DNA of 64,000 bases from Bdellovibrionota bacterium (GTDB lineage: Bacteria > Bdellovibrionota > UBA1018 > CAIPTA01 > JAALKR01). The DNA lies in contig CBDBMJ010000003.1 in NCBI GenBank assembly GCA_965207455.1, positions 1 to 64,000 on the forward strand, given 5' to 3'. Below, in pieces: positions 40,246 through 50,349 of this stretch. How positions within the stretch are numbered: the stretch's first letter is position 1; every line of letters starts with the position of its first letter. The notes beneath the pieces were generated by a model, which ran no database searches, was not told where the DNA came from, and saw only the letters and a program-made list of their open reading frames with translations. The position numbers and the translations under genes are program-made.

Positions 40246-40581
40246 TATTTACTCCTTCTGAAAGACTTAGGTATCTCTACCCTCTTCTTTCTCTTAATTT
40301 AAAGCACACTTATTGGGAGGGTGCTCTTTCCCATTTGAAATCTTTCATCAATTATATTTGTTACTGCAAAGCCAAAATACTCCCAAAAGGGTTGAAAAAA
40401 GCCCTTTATTTTAAGTTATTTACGCCCGTATTCTGTTTGTATTTGCTGAAGACGAAGAAAAGCGGCTTTTCTCGACTAAAGGTAGACACCTGTCGAGAAA
40501 GTGAGCGGTAGTCTTTGATAAATTCTTGTATCTGTTACGCTGGAAATAGGTTGGATTCAACTGGTGGGTAGTGTTTTATGA

Positions 40582-40659
40582 TGGTCGGGGCGGCAGGATT
40601 TGAACCTACGACCCCTTGGTCCCAAACCAAGTGCGCTAGCCAGACTGCGCTACGCCCCG
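40582..40659 (-). tRNA. tRNA-Pro(TGG)
   Basis: CGGGGCGTAGCGCAG...CTTGG-TTTGGGA-CCAAG...GGTTCAAATCC...CGCCCCGACCA. Confidence 0.97.
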
Positions 40660-40712
40660 ACAGAGTCTAAACTTTCTATTCCATATAAAAATCAATGTTA
40701 CCTGAATTCAAG

Positions 40713-41468
40713 CTATAATTCTTCCGATAAAGCTCGTTCAATCGCTTCTTCTTGGAGGGGGAGAATTTTTTGGATTCCGACCAAAGCCAGGTTCGTCATT
40801 TCAGTAAGTTTTTCTGGTGGAAAGGCGCTCTTCTCTCCCGTCCCTTGAATTTCCACAAAGTGTCCCTTTCCTGTGGCCACAACGTTCATGTCTACCTCAC
40901 ATTGGGAGTCCTCTTCATAGTCCAAATCTAAAAGGCAGTTTCCATCTTTATCAATGCCCACGCTAATGGCTCCAATGGATTCGACGAGAGGCTTATGGTG
41001 GGGAGGAATCTTTTTCGACTTTTGTAACTTACGAATAGCAATGACTAGGGCAACGTATGCCCCTACCACTGAGGCGGTACGAGTGCCTCCGTCGGCTTGT
41101 AAAACATCACAGTCTAAGAGGATGGTGCGTTCACCTAGTTGGTCAAAGTCCACGGCTATGCGAAGAGCGCGTCCGATGAGTCGTTGGATTTCTAGCGAAC
41201 GGGCACTGGCTTTGTCCCGTTCCCGTCGGTTTCGTACGTTTGTGGATCGGGGGAGCAGGGAGTATTCAGCAGACACCCAGCCCTTGCCCTGTCCCTTGAG
41301 AAAATGGGGAACCTTTTCTTCCACGCTGGCCGTGCAATACACCTTCGTATTACCTGCACTCACAAGGCAACTGCCCTCGGCGTGACAATTCACATTGACC
41401 TCTAAGGAAATGGGTCGGAGTTCTTGGGGGCTGCGATTAAAGGATCGATGTATTTTTTCCATAGGCAA
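40713..41468 (-). CDS. rph: Ribonuclease PH
   Basis: AEGSCLV..GNTKV, GWVSAEYSLLPRST, EIQRLIGRALR, DCDVLQADGGTRTAS, EIQGTGE. Confidence 0.97.
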   Translation of the reverse strand: MPMEKIHRSFNRSPQELRPISLEVNVNCHAEGSCLVSAGNTKVYCTASVEEKVPHFLKGQGKGWVSAEYSLLPRSTNVRNRRERDKASARSLEIQRLIGRALRIAVDFDQLGERTILLDCDVLQADGGTRTASVVGAYVALVIAIRKLQKSKKIPPHHKPLVESIGAISVGIDKDGNCLLDLDYEEDSQCEVDMNVVATGKGHFVEIQGTGEKSAFPPEKLTEMTNLALVGIQKILPLQEEAIERALSEEL

Positions 41469-42140
41469 CTATACAACTACAACCTTTCGTCCATAATCAC
41501 AATAAGACTTTACAACACAATCACTGCATGCGGGGCGACGAGCCACACAAATCTGCCTCCCATGATAAATAATCCAGTGAGAAAACATCGTCCATTGCTT
41601 TTGAGGGATAATTTTCTCCAACGCACCTTCAATCTTTACGGGATCGACCTCCTGGGTAAGGCCCAATAAATTCGCAATACGCTTTACATGGGTGTCTACC
41701 ACCAATCCCGGGACACCAAAAGCATTCCCCAGCACCACATTGGCAGTTTTGCGACCCACACCTGCAAGGGCAGTGAGTGCCTCCATGGTTTGGGGTACGC
41801 GCCCACCATGGGAACTCACCAACACTCGAGCGCATTTTTGAAGATTCTTTGCCTTGTTTTTAAAAAAGCCTGTGGAGTGCACAATGGATTCAATGGTAGA
41901 AAGGCGAGCTTTTGCCAAGAGTTCTGGCGTTGGGTATTTTGCAAAAAGAACTTTTGTCACCTTATTTACCTGCACGTCTGTGCATTGAGCCGACAGTATG
42001 GTGGCAAATAAAAGCTGCTCAGGGGTTTTATAGTCCAAAGCACATTTTGCTTCAGGGTACTCCAAGCTTAGAGCTTCAACGATTCGCTCCACTTTTTTTT
42101 TCAACTCTATTGTATTGTTTATTTTTTTCGCTGTAGCCAT
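41469..42140 (-). CDS. nth: Endonuclease III
   Basis: LSAQCTD, HhH LAGVGRKTANVV, VDTHV, C-x6-C-x2-C-x5-C FeS motif. Confidence 0.96.
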   Translation of the reverse strand: MATAKKINNTIELKKKVERIVEALSLEYPEAKCALDYKTPEQLLFATILSAQCTDVQVNKVTKVLFAKYPTPELLAKARLSTIESIVHSTGFFKNKAKNLQKCARVLVSSHGGRVPQTMEALTALAGVGRKTANVVLGNAFGVPGLVVDTHVKRIANLLGLTQEVDPVKIEGALEKIIPQKQWTMFSHWIIYHGRQICVARRPACSDCVVKSYCDYGRKVVVV

Positions 42141-43777
42141 TGGGCCATTTCCTTTACATTTTTTGTATTGACGATATCTTTTTTCCCTAAACCACCCTTG
42201 CGTGCCATGAGCACACCATAGCGATAGTCCTCCAGTCCTCGAATGCTATGGGCGTCGGGGGAAATCGCTATGGAAACTTTTTTTTCTTTTGCCTGGGGAA
42301 GTATGCGCCAGTCGAGGTCCAGACGATAGGGACTGCTATTTAGCTCTATGCCTGTTTGAAAGGCTGCTGCGGTTTCAAGAACAGCTTCCATATCGAAATC
42401 ATAACCCTTCCGACCCAAGAGAATCCGTCCCGTGGGATGGCCCAGCCAAGTGGAAAATGGATTCTTCAGGGCTGTACAAATTCGTCGGGTCATGGCTTCT
42501 TTATTCATTTGAAACTGTCCGTGGATGCTGGCAATAACAAAATCAAATTTTGCAAGTATTTCGTCGGGATAGTCGAGAGAACCGTCGGAAAGAATGTCGG
42601 ACTCAATGCCATGGAAGATATGAACGTCCTTCTGTTTTTCGTTTAAAGCTCTCACCTCATCGCGCTGTCGCTGGATTGTGTCCACCTTCAAACCATTAGC
42701 ATAGATAGCCGACTGAGAATGGTCCGATACACCCAAATAAGAAAGCCCCAACTCCCTACACTTCTCCACCATTTCTTTCAAAGAATTTGCCCCATCACTT
42801 TCAGTAGTATGGGCATGGAAAACACCTTGAATGTCTGCCTCCTCCACAAGATCAATGTTTACGGGCTTTCCCTCTCGCATTTCCGGAGGAATCCATTCAA
42901 GACCAATATTTTGAAAAATAGCTTCCTGAGTTTCTCCCTCTGTAATGGAACCCATTTTTTCTAAAGAAGATACAAAGGTGGATGAGCCGGTAAGACGCAG
43001 CTTCGTAACCTCTAAACTGTGGGGCATTTTTTTTGTCCAAAGAAAAACCCGAACAGCGATGCCATCCTCAGTACTACCCTCCATACAAGGCCAAGGATCC
43101 TTTGTAAAAGTAAAGTCAGGAGAAATGGGCTTTAGTTTTGTGAGATCAGGACGCTTTTCCGTCGACTGGTGCAGGAGAAAATCCAAGCTAGACAAAGTCT
43201 CCATTCGACGACAAAGCTCTCCCACCTCATACACAGCCTCCACCCCAGACAGCACCTCCAAAACGCTGCGAATACTTGCCGACCAGTCCAACCCCCGGGG
43301 CAAAAGACAACGCCCTCGATTGAGTGCCAAATTCTCCAATCCCTTTTGAATACTCCTTTGACTTTTCTCCCCAAAACCCTTGAGATCCAATAAACGATTT
43401 TCACCACAGGCATATTCCAACTCCGAGAGACTACCAACGGACAAAGTCTCCCAAAGAACTTTAATTTTCTTCACCCCAAGACCGGGCACTGCCCTAAGCT
43501 CCATCAGTCGAGACGGAAAACCCTCCTTGAGTTCCTTTAACTCCTCCAAGTCTCCTTCACTCAAATACTCCTCAATGGCAGCAATTAAACCTTTGCCAAT
43601 CCCCTTGATTTTATGTAGATCCTTCGTCGACAAAAGAGTTTTCACATCCCTGGTTTCACCCTTAATAATGGCAGCCCCATTGGAGAAGGCACGCACCTTA
43701 AATGGGTTGGCTCCTTTTAGATCCAAGAAAAAAGCCATTTCCGTAAATAATTCAGCAACCTTATTATTATCCGACAT
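42119..43777 (-). CDS. polX: PolX family DNA polymerase / PHP 3'-5' exonuclease
   Basis: GANPFKVRAF, HhH motifs, PHP motifs HAHTTESDG, SDHS, GIESDI, GHPTGR, SPDAH. Confidence 0.9.
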   Translation of the reverse strand: MSDNNKVAELFTEMAFFLDLKGANPFKVRAFSNGAAIIKGETRDVKTLLSTKDLHKIKGIGKGLIAAIEEYLSEGDLEELKELKEGFPSRLMELRAVPGLGVKKIKVLWETLSVGSLSELEYACGENRLLDLKGFGEKSQRSIQKGLENLALNRGRCLLPRGLDWSASIRSVLEVLSGVEAVYEVGELCRRMETLSSLDFLLHQSTEKRPDLTKLKPISPDFTFTKDPWPCMEGSTEDGIAVRVFLWTKKMPHSLEVTKLRLTGSSTFVSSLEKMGSITEGETQEAIFQNIGLEWIPPEMREGKPVNIDLVEEADIQGVFHAHTTESDGANSLKEMVEKCRELGLSYLGVSDHSQSAIYANGLKVDTIQRQRDEVRALNEKQKDVHIFHGIESDILSDGSLDYPDEILAKFDFVIASIHGQFQMNKEAMTRRICTALKNPFSTWLGHPTGRILLGRKGYDFDMEAVLETAAAFQTGIELNSSPYRLDLDWRILPQAKEKKVSIAISPDAHSIRGLEDYRYGVLMARKGGLGKKDIVNTKNVKEMAQWLQRKK

Positions 43778-43901
43778 AAATTTTTTGTATCCACAAAACT
43801 CAGTGAATACAAGCCGTAAGGGACAACAAAGGAAGCAACTTGACAGAAAATCTCAACCCCTGTATAGCAGAGACAGGGATAATTCATTTTGTAAAAATTG
43901 A

Positions 43902-43978
<77 letters not shown>

Positions 43979-44341
43979 AAAATAAAACACTACCCACCAG
44001 TTAAACCCAACCTACTTTCTAATACGCACACCATCAAGTTAGGAGACCCTGTAAAGGGGCGAGTAAGCCAACCCTTTATGGATCCCAGAGAAATAGTACA
44101 TCGTAATAGGGCAAGCCTAAAAAAAACCCAAACCCTTGTTCCAACCTCAAGCAAAAATAAAGATTAAGTGCACTTCAATTTTCTTAGACGCTGGTATATT
44201 GCCTTCTAGTACTGGAAGATCCTATAAACAACAAATAACCGACTTTTTTACTTTAGAACATTGCTGAAAATGCTTTAGTCCAACAAGAAACTGTTTTTTT
44301 TCCATGCCCTATGGTAAGTTGCGAACTAATTATTCTTGGGA

Positions 44342-44418
44342 GCAGGTGTAGCTCAGTTGGATAGAGTAGTTGGCTTCGAACCAATTGGTCGGGGGTTCGA
44401 ATCCCTCCACCTGCGCCA
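44342..44418 (+). tRNA. tRNA-Arg(TCG)
   Basis: GCAGGTG acceptor stem, GTTGG-CTTCGAA-CCAAT anticodon arm, GGTTCGAATCC, CCA. Confidence 0.93.
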
Positions 44419-44464
44419 TTCTCGGCAAAAAATTTATTTAAACAAACACTTACAGAGGAAGTAA

Positions 44465-45232
44465 ATGGAAAAAAGTGGATATAGTACACAGGAACTGCGC
44501 AATTTAGTTAAGCTGCGTCAGCGAGGGACTTATATATACATCCTGCCTAATTTATTTACAGCCACAAATCTTGTCTTTGGTTTTTTATCTGTCATTTCTT
44601 CCATGGAGGGTAATTTTGAGTATGCTGCTTGGGCAATTTTATTAGCCACCGTATTTGATCTTTTAGATGGACGGGTTGCTCGCCTCACCAATACCATGAC
44701 CCGTTTTGGAACAGAGTTAGATTCCCTGTGCGACCTAATTTCTTTTGGCATGGCTCCTGCCATATTGATATACCAATCGTCTTTGCGAGAAATGGGTGGA
44801 TGGGGTTTGGTTGTGGCCATGGTTTTTCTTCTTTGTGGCGCTCTCCGCTTAGCAAGATTTAATGTGTTTTCCAATGTGGTTCCCAAAAGCTACTTCCAGG
44901 GGCTACCAATTCCTGCAGCTTCTGCTGCTATTGTTACGCTTATTTTTTTCATGAACAGCACGGGCCATAGTTTAGAAGATAATTTTTTTGTGCCTGCCCT
45001 TGTTCTCTTTTTAAGTTTTCTTATGGTCACTACAATTCGTTTTTTTAGTTTTAAGAAAATCTACCTTGGAGGCCCCCATTCCATTCCCATAATTCTTACT
45101 GCAATTATAATAGTACCTTCACTAATTTTATGGTTTGAAACACTGGCATTTTTATTGCTTCATTTTTATATTGCCCTTTCTCTTTTTTTAGATCTACTTC
45201 GTCATGTTCGACGAAAGGATGCCCTTCAGTGA
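44465..45232 (+). CDS. pssA: CDP-diacylglycerol--serine O-phosphatidyltransferase
   Basis: LPNLFT, DLLDGRVAR...FGTELDSLCDLISFG, RLARFN, FQGLPIP. Confidence 0.92.
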   Translation: MEKSGYSTQELRNLVKLRQRGTYIYILPNLFTATNLVFGFLSVISSMEGNFEYAAWAILLATVFDLLDGRVARLTNTMTRFGTELDSLCDLISFGMAPAILIYQSSLREMGGWGLVVAMVFLLCGALRLARFNVFSNVVPKSYFQGLPIPAASAAIVTLIFFMNSTGHSLEDNFFVPALVLFLSFLMVTTIRFFSFKKIYLGGPHSIPIILTAIIIVPSLILWFETLAFLLLHFYIALSLFLDLLRHVRRKDALQ

Positions 45233-46071
45233 ATGAAGAGGAGCGTACCTTTTGTTTGCACATTGCCTATGTGGGCACAGGCTATCGAGGATGGCAACGT
45301 CAATCCCCAAAACAAGAGCAGGAGCAAAGCAGTGTGTCCGCTGTACTGGAGAGAGCTATTCGCACGGCTACAAACAGAAGTACCATTTCCTTTCATGGGA
45401 GTGGGCGTACGGATTCCGGTGCGCACGCCCGCAAGCAAGTGGCACATCTTCGTGTATGCACGAGATTTACGCCGTCAATCCTCCTACTAGCTATCAACAG
45501 TTTTTTGCCCACAGACATTCGTGTTACCTGTATTGAAGAAAAAAAATCCACGTTCCATGCCCAGTTGCAGGCGAAATTAAAATGCTATCGCTATTTTATT
45601 CTCTATAATCCCAGCGACAAAAATAAAACTACTTGGCCCTTTCTGTATTCTTGGACATGGTATATCCGTGCTCCACTGGACTGTTCTGCCATGGAGGAAG
45701 CCTTGGGTCATCTGGTGGGAGAGCATGATTTTATGTCCTTTCAAAACACAGGGACAGCCGTCAGCACTACGGTAAGGCATATCTCGGAAGCACGATGTAT
45801 TGAACATAAAGAAAAACTGGGCGACTTTCCCTGGATGCCTCCCCAAGGGTCAAACCTACGTTTACTGGAGATTTGTATTGTGGGTAATGGATTTTTAAAG
45901 CAAATGGTCCGCACTATCGTGGGCACGGTTGTGGATATAGGGAAAGGAAAGTACGACTCTGGGAGAATACAATATATTTTATCCCAAAAAGATCGACGAT
46001 ATAGCGGAATTACAGCCCCTGCTAGAGCCTTGTTTCTCGACAATGTGAAATATACAGCTAACTACACGTAG
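45229..46071 (+). CDS. truA: tRNA pseudouridine(38-40) synthase
   Basis: AYVGTGYRGWQ, GSGRTDSGAHA, GEHDF, GNGFLKQMVR, TAPARAL. Confidence 0.95.
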   Translation: MNEEERTFCLHIAYVGTGYRGWQRQSPKQEQEQSSVSAVLERAIRTATNRSTISFHGSGRTDSGAHARKQVAHLRVCTRFTPSILLLAINSFLPTDIRVTCIEEKKSTFHAQLQAKLKCYRYFILYNPSDKNKTTWPFLYSWTWYIRAPLDCSAMEEALGHLVGEHDFMSFQNTGTAVSTTVRHISEARCIEHKEKLGDFPWMPPQGSNLRLLEICIVGNGFLKQMVRTIVGTVVDIGKGKYDSGRIQYILSQKDRRYSGITAPARALFLDNVKYTANYT

Positions 46072-46087
46072 TCCACTGCAAGCAACT

Positions 46088-46939
46088 TCAGTCATCAAAA
46101 TCAAGTTCAATGGGTTTGCTCGATCTCGGTACAGGCGCTACTGCCAGGGTGAGGGTTGCTGTGATAAGAGAGGTATCTACTAAAACACGCAAGCCCATAC
46201 TTCCATAGGGAACAACATACCATTCATACTGTCCACCAAGGCTAATTTTTAATCCATTATCTTTCAAGCGATCTTTATGGGTATCCAATCCCGTACCACC
46301 GATTTTAGTATACTGGTAGCTTGCTAACGCAAAAACTTGCAAGCGACGAAAAAGTTCCCATTCCCCCAACACCCCAGCCCGCACTGTAAGGTCGGTGGCA
46401 TCTGCAAGAAAGATGTTTGGCTGTGATATGTCGCCAAGATTCAAGTAAGTGCCAGCAGCATAAAGATTAAAGAAAATATTGCCGGTCAATGGAAGCGGTA
46501 TCTCCAAAAGTCGTGTATTAAAACCAAATGCTAGTCCTGTGGCTTTATCTGATAAAGTGTTTGTTGGGTAGCTTTTTTGCGCACCACCCATGAATAAAGT
46601 CCAGTCGGGTTTGTCTATCCCACTTAGCGCTCTTTCACTGCTGTGATTTAGTGAGGCTTTCCCGGAAAATGGCAGGTTGATGTCTTCTCCGTCAGCATCT
46701 TCTATGTCAGATGCGTCTTCGTCAAGTTCTAGCACATCCTCTTCGTTGTCATCATCGTCTTCTTCCTCACCCGATTCATCTTCTTCAATCTCTTCGTCTT
46801 CCATAGCATCATCTTCTTCATCTAAAAACTCTTGGAACTCATCATCCGTATCTGCCGCACTTGCTATATTCGCTGTGTATATCTGGGGAGGAAGGAAGAG
46901 GAACAGGGCGACAAGAAGAATGGAGCGAAAATAAATCAT
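46088..46939 (-). CDS. Hypothetical exported protein: acidic tract followed by probable outer-membrane beta-barrel
   Basis: Start placed at MIYFRS (46939), signal peptide, D/E-rich stretch, alternating beta-strand pattern. Confidence 0.6.
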   Translation of the reverse strand: MIYFRSILLVALFLFLPPQIYTANIASAADTDDEFQEFLDEEDDAMEDEEIEEDESGEEEDDDDNEEDVLELDEDASDIEDADGEDINLPFSGKASLNHSSERALSGIDKPDWTLFMGGAQKSYPTNTLSDKATGLAFGFNTRLLEIPLPLTGNIFFNLYAAGTYLNLGDISQPNIFLADATDLTVRAGVLGEWELFRRLQVFALASYQYTKIGGTGLDTHKDRLKDNGLKISLGGQYEWYVVPYGSMGLRVLVDTSLITATLTLAVAPVPRSSKPIELDFDD

Positions 46940-47025
46940 ACTAAAAGTGTAACAAAACACATTCTGAAATACCACACACAATCCAGTAGACCGCAGGAAT
47001 AGTCTTATGTTATTCCATCAATAGG

Positions 47026-48342
47026 ATGGAAACTACAGATAAATTATTAAAAACTAGCAATATCAAATATACGCAAAAATCGTCCATAGCAGGAGAGATG
47101 GAAATCACCATTGACAGTGAGCGTGTGGTAGAGCGTATGGAAAGCAATTTTGAGAAAATTCGCCATAAAGCGGAGTTACCTGGATTTCGAAAGGGACGGG
47201 TTCCCATGAATATCGTGCGTCAGAAATACCGATCAGAGGTGATCCGAGATACTTTTGAGGATTTGGTGAGCCGCGCCTGCCACATCGCAGCAGAAAAGAA
47301 GGAAGTTCCGATTGTGGGCGCACCTAAGGTGAAGAAAACAAATTGGCTAAACTGGGATGAAAAATCCCCCATGGAGTTTACGGCTCTAGTGGAGCTAGTG
47401 CCCAGCCCGAAGCTTAAAAAATATAAGGGGTTAGAGTTCACGGTAACGGCTATTACAGAGAAAGAAATGGATTCTGAGTACAATGCCGTCCTGAAAAAAA
47501 TCATGGGTCCTTACGTCACCCTAGAGGAGATGAAAGCAAAACGAGGTGTTCGTGCCGATGATATTGTTTGCATGGATTTAAAAGTAACAATAGACGGGCA
47601 CCACTCCCCTACCCACTCTTTAGTCAATAAAATGTTTGAAATAGGCGCCTCCGCTTTGCCCCAAAAACTAGAGAATGAAATCCTTGGAATGAGCGTTGGA
47701 GAAGAAAAGAAGTTGGAAGAAATCTACCCTCAGAATCACCCACAAATAGAGGTGGCTGGAAAAAAGCTCTTGGAAGAAATAAAAATATTGGAGATAAAAA
47801 CCAAGAAATATCCAGAACTCACAGACGAATTTATAGAAGAAAATTGGAAGACAGACCCTAAAAAGTGGAAAGAAGAAATGCGATCATTGGTTAAAAAAGA
47901 AATGAAAGGAAAGCAAAAAGTAGAAAAAGAATCAGCTTTAATAACGGAACTACTCAAGGCGAATCCACTAGAAGTTCCAGAAACCATGATCCACCAGCGC
48001 TTGGATGTTATCTTGGACAGCATGTTCAATGGCCTCAAACCATCCTATCCCATGGAGGAAATAAAAAAAACAATAGAGGGCAATATGCCTAAACATATTA
48101 AACGGGCAGAGAACGACGTGAAAGCCTCCCTTTTATTTGAAAAGGTTATAGAAAAAGTAAACCCCAGTGTTTCCGATGAAGAGGTAAAGGCTAGAATAGC
48201 CCAGTCCACTCAGCCTAACCAGCCTGCCCAGTCAGATTCCCCGCAAAAACCAAAAAGCGAAAAGATTGCTGCTCGAGAAATTAAATTTGAAAAAGCGCTA
48301 AATTATATGATGGAACATTCGAAAATTAAGGAGAAAACGTGA
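47026..48342 (+). CDS. tig: Trigger factor
   Basis: LPGFRKGRVP ribosome-binding motif, diverged FKBP region, PELTDEF. Confidence 0.9.
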   Translation: METTDKLLKTSNIKYTQKSSIAGEMEITIDSERVVERMESNFEKIRHKAELPGFRKGRVPMNIVRQKYRSEVIRDTFEDLVSRACHIAAEKKEVPIVGAPKVKKTNWLNWDEKSPMEFTALVELVPSPKLKKYKGLEFTVTAITEKEMDSEYNAVLKKIMGPYVTLEEMKAKRGVRADDIVCMDLKVTIDGHHSPTHSLVNKMFEIGASALPQKLENEILGMSVGEEKKLEEIYPQNHPQIEVAGKKLLEEIKILEIKTKKYPELTDEFIEENWKTDPKKWKEEMRSLVKKEMKGKQKVEKESALITELLKANPLEVPETMIHQRLDVILDSMFNGLKPSYPMEEIKKTIEGNMPKHIKRAENDVKASLLFEKVIEKVNPSVSDEEVKARIAQSTQPNQPAQSDSPQKPKSEKIAAREIKFEKALNYMMEHSKIKEKT

Positions 48343-48881
48343 TGGCTACGGATGAAAAGCTACTTTGGCTAGATTTAGAAATGAGTGGGTTGGCTGTAGA
48401 GAAGTGCCGTATTTTGGAGATAGCTGCCATCATTACCGACTATAAGTTTGAACACCTGAAAACTTTTCATCGAATTATTCAACAGCCTCAAAGCGTATTA
48501 CAGTCCATGGACGATTGGTGTTCTAATATGCATCGTAAAAGTGGGCTTTTAGAAAAAATATCAACTGGCACACGGGAGCTAGAGGCAGAGGTGCAGTTCC
48601 TTCAATTCCTGGATGAAGATTTTCAGAAAGAAGATAAAATTATTTTAGCTGGCAATAGCATCGCTCAAGATCGAAAATTCCTTGACCGGTATTGGAAAAA
48701 AACCAGTCAGCACCTCCACTACAGAATGTTGGACGTGAGTGCTTTTAAAATTATTTTTAGTCAAAAGTACGGAAAGAAATTTGAAAAGAAACAAAGCCAC
48801 CGAGCCCTAGATGATGTGAAGAACTCCATCGAAGAGTTGAAGTTCTATCTTCAATTTATCAAAGTAAGTGCCTTGCACTAA
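48339..48881 (+). CDS. orn: Oligoribonuclease
   Basis: WLDLEMSGL, ILEIA.IITD, AGNSIAQDRKFL, HYRMLDVS, HRALDD. Confidence 0.95.
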   Translation: MMATDEKLLWLDLEMSGLAVEKCRILEIAAIITDYKFEHLKTFHRIIQQPQSVLQSMDDWCSNMHRKSGLLEKISTGTRELEAEVQFLQFLDEDFQKEDKIILAGNSIAQDRKFLDRYWKKTSQHLHYRMLDVSAFKIIFSQKYGKKFEKKQSHRALDDVKNSIEELKFYLQFIKVSALH

Positions 48882-48892
48882 AACTCTTTTAT

Positions 48893-50296
48893 TTAAAATT
48901 CAAACATGCGGATGGAGGAAAATTCCGTTCGTTGGGATTTTTCCTTGTTCACACCATAGACACGCCAATAATAGGAGCCTTGTTTCTCTAAGCTAATCCG
49001 CAGGCCTGTGCTCTTGGACTTGTAGGTATAGAATTTTTTAAACGTGGGACTCTGGGATAAATGCAATATATAGGAGTTTACGCCTTCCACTGGATGCCAT
49101 GTAAGTGAGGCTGGCGCTCGGCTTATTTTACTCCTATCTTTAGGAAACTTTAAACGAAGCTCACTTTTGAGCATAGAGTCGAGGATGGGGCTCTTGGGTG
49201 GCTCAGTTTTCGCTGTTGCATTTTCGGGCGAAGGGGTTTGCGGCTCTTCCATTTTCACACCCCCCTCAGCTGAAACAACTGGAGTAGTTAGAGCAACTGG
49301 AACAGTTGGCACAACTGGAACTGTTGGATTGGACACAACAGAAGTGCTGGCCTTGTTTGTCGGAGAAAAGAATCCGTTGGCTAAAAAATATATCTCTTCT
49401 AGGGAAGGCAGGTGGCGAATTTCCTCTGCTCCCGATACTTCCCTTCGTATTACTTGCATGTCGGCATTGGCTCCCACCTGCGCTTTTAATAGTGGGCGCT
49501 TGCTATTCTGTGTGGCTCCAATATTCCAATATAATTGTACTCTCCCTTCATGACCGTAAAGTGTATTGGTTTCTCCATTCCACTGAAAACGGGCAGGACC
49601 ATCGGACTGCATCGAAACCACTCCCCATGGGAACGAAAGCCCCATCTTGGTTGATCCTGTAGTCTGGAAATTCACCATTCCTTGAACTTCCAATACTTTC
49701 TCCGATCCCTTTCCCCGTAAAAATTTCACGTACGATCCGGGGGCTATGGTGATGAATAGATTTTCGCATGTCACGATGACTGAGACATTTGGCGCTGTTC
49801 CTGGAAACCGAACGCCTGGAGAAATACGAGCCTGTTGTACTAATTTCTCCGACTCTCCTGGAATGTGTATGGGAATGCGAAGGTTCCTTGCATTATTGTC
49901 ACTGGGATTAAATACACGCTGAATACCACAGGAATAGGGGTGAGCAAAGTACTGGGGCAGGTACTCGGCTAGGGTATTTTTTATTGAGTTGGGAACAAAG
50001 CTATCGAAGTGTTTCATTAGGTTCTTTGTGTCGAATAGGGAAGACTTTTGCTGGCTATTTTGCTGACTAGGAGGAGAGACAGATGCAATTCGACGTGAAG
50101 CGCCTCTTGGCTGGAATTGGGAGAGAAACGGAGGGAGTTTTACTTGCAGTTGACGCAACAGATCGGAACCCTGTGGATGAAATAATAACCAGCCGGAACA
50201 GAAGCCCATGTTAAAAACCAAGCCAACACAAAACATCCTAAAAAATAGTTTTTTTATAAATTTCAAAAAAAAAAGCCCTCTTGTAAAAAATACCAT
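48893..50296 (-). CDS. Hypothetical membrane-anchored protein, C-terminal Ig/FN3-like domain
   Basis: 467 aa; N-terminal TM segment, Pro/Thr linker, LTWHPVEG...GSYYWRVYG. Confidence 0.6.
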   Translation of the reverse strand: MVFFTRGLFFLKFIKKLFFRMFCVGLVFNMGFCSGWLLFHPQGSDLLRQLQVKLPPFLSQFQPRGASRRIASVSPPSQQNSQQKSSLFDTKNLMKHFDSFVPNSIKNTLAEYLPQYFAHPYSCGIQRVFNPSDNNARNLRIPIHIPGESEKLVQQARISPGVRFPGTAPNVSVIVTCENLFITIAPGSYVKFLRGKGSEKVLEVQGMVNFQTTGSTKMGLSFPWGVVSMQSDGPARFQWNGETNTLYGHEGRVQLYWNIGATQNSKRPLLKAQVGANADMQVIRREVSGAEEIRHLPSLEEIYFLANGFFSPTNKASTSVVSNPTVPVVPTVPVALTTPVVSAEGGVKMEEPQTPSPENATAKTEPPKSPILDSMLKSELRLKFPKDRSKISRAPASLTWHPVEGVNSYILHLSQSPTFKKFYTYKSKSTGLRISLEKQGSYYWRVYGVNKEKSQRTEFSSIRMFEF

Positions 50297-50349
50297 GGCA
50301 CTTAAAACTCGACAAGTAGCTTCGGATCATCTATATAGTTTTATGTAGA

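Noticed and set aside
46677..46934. Ser-rich 85-aa plus-strand ORF
   Set aside because: Antisense reading of the Asp/Glu-rich tract of the minus-strand gene.
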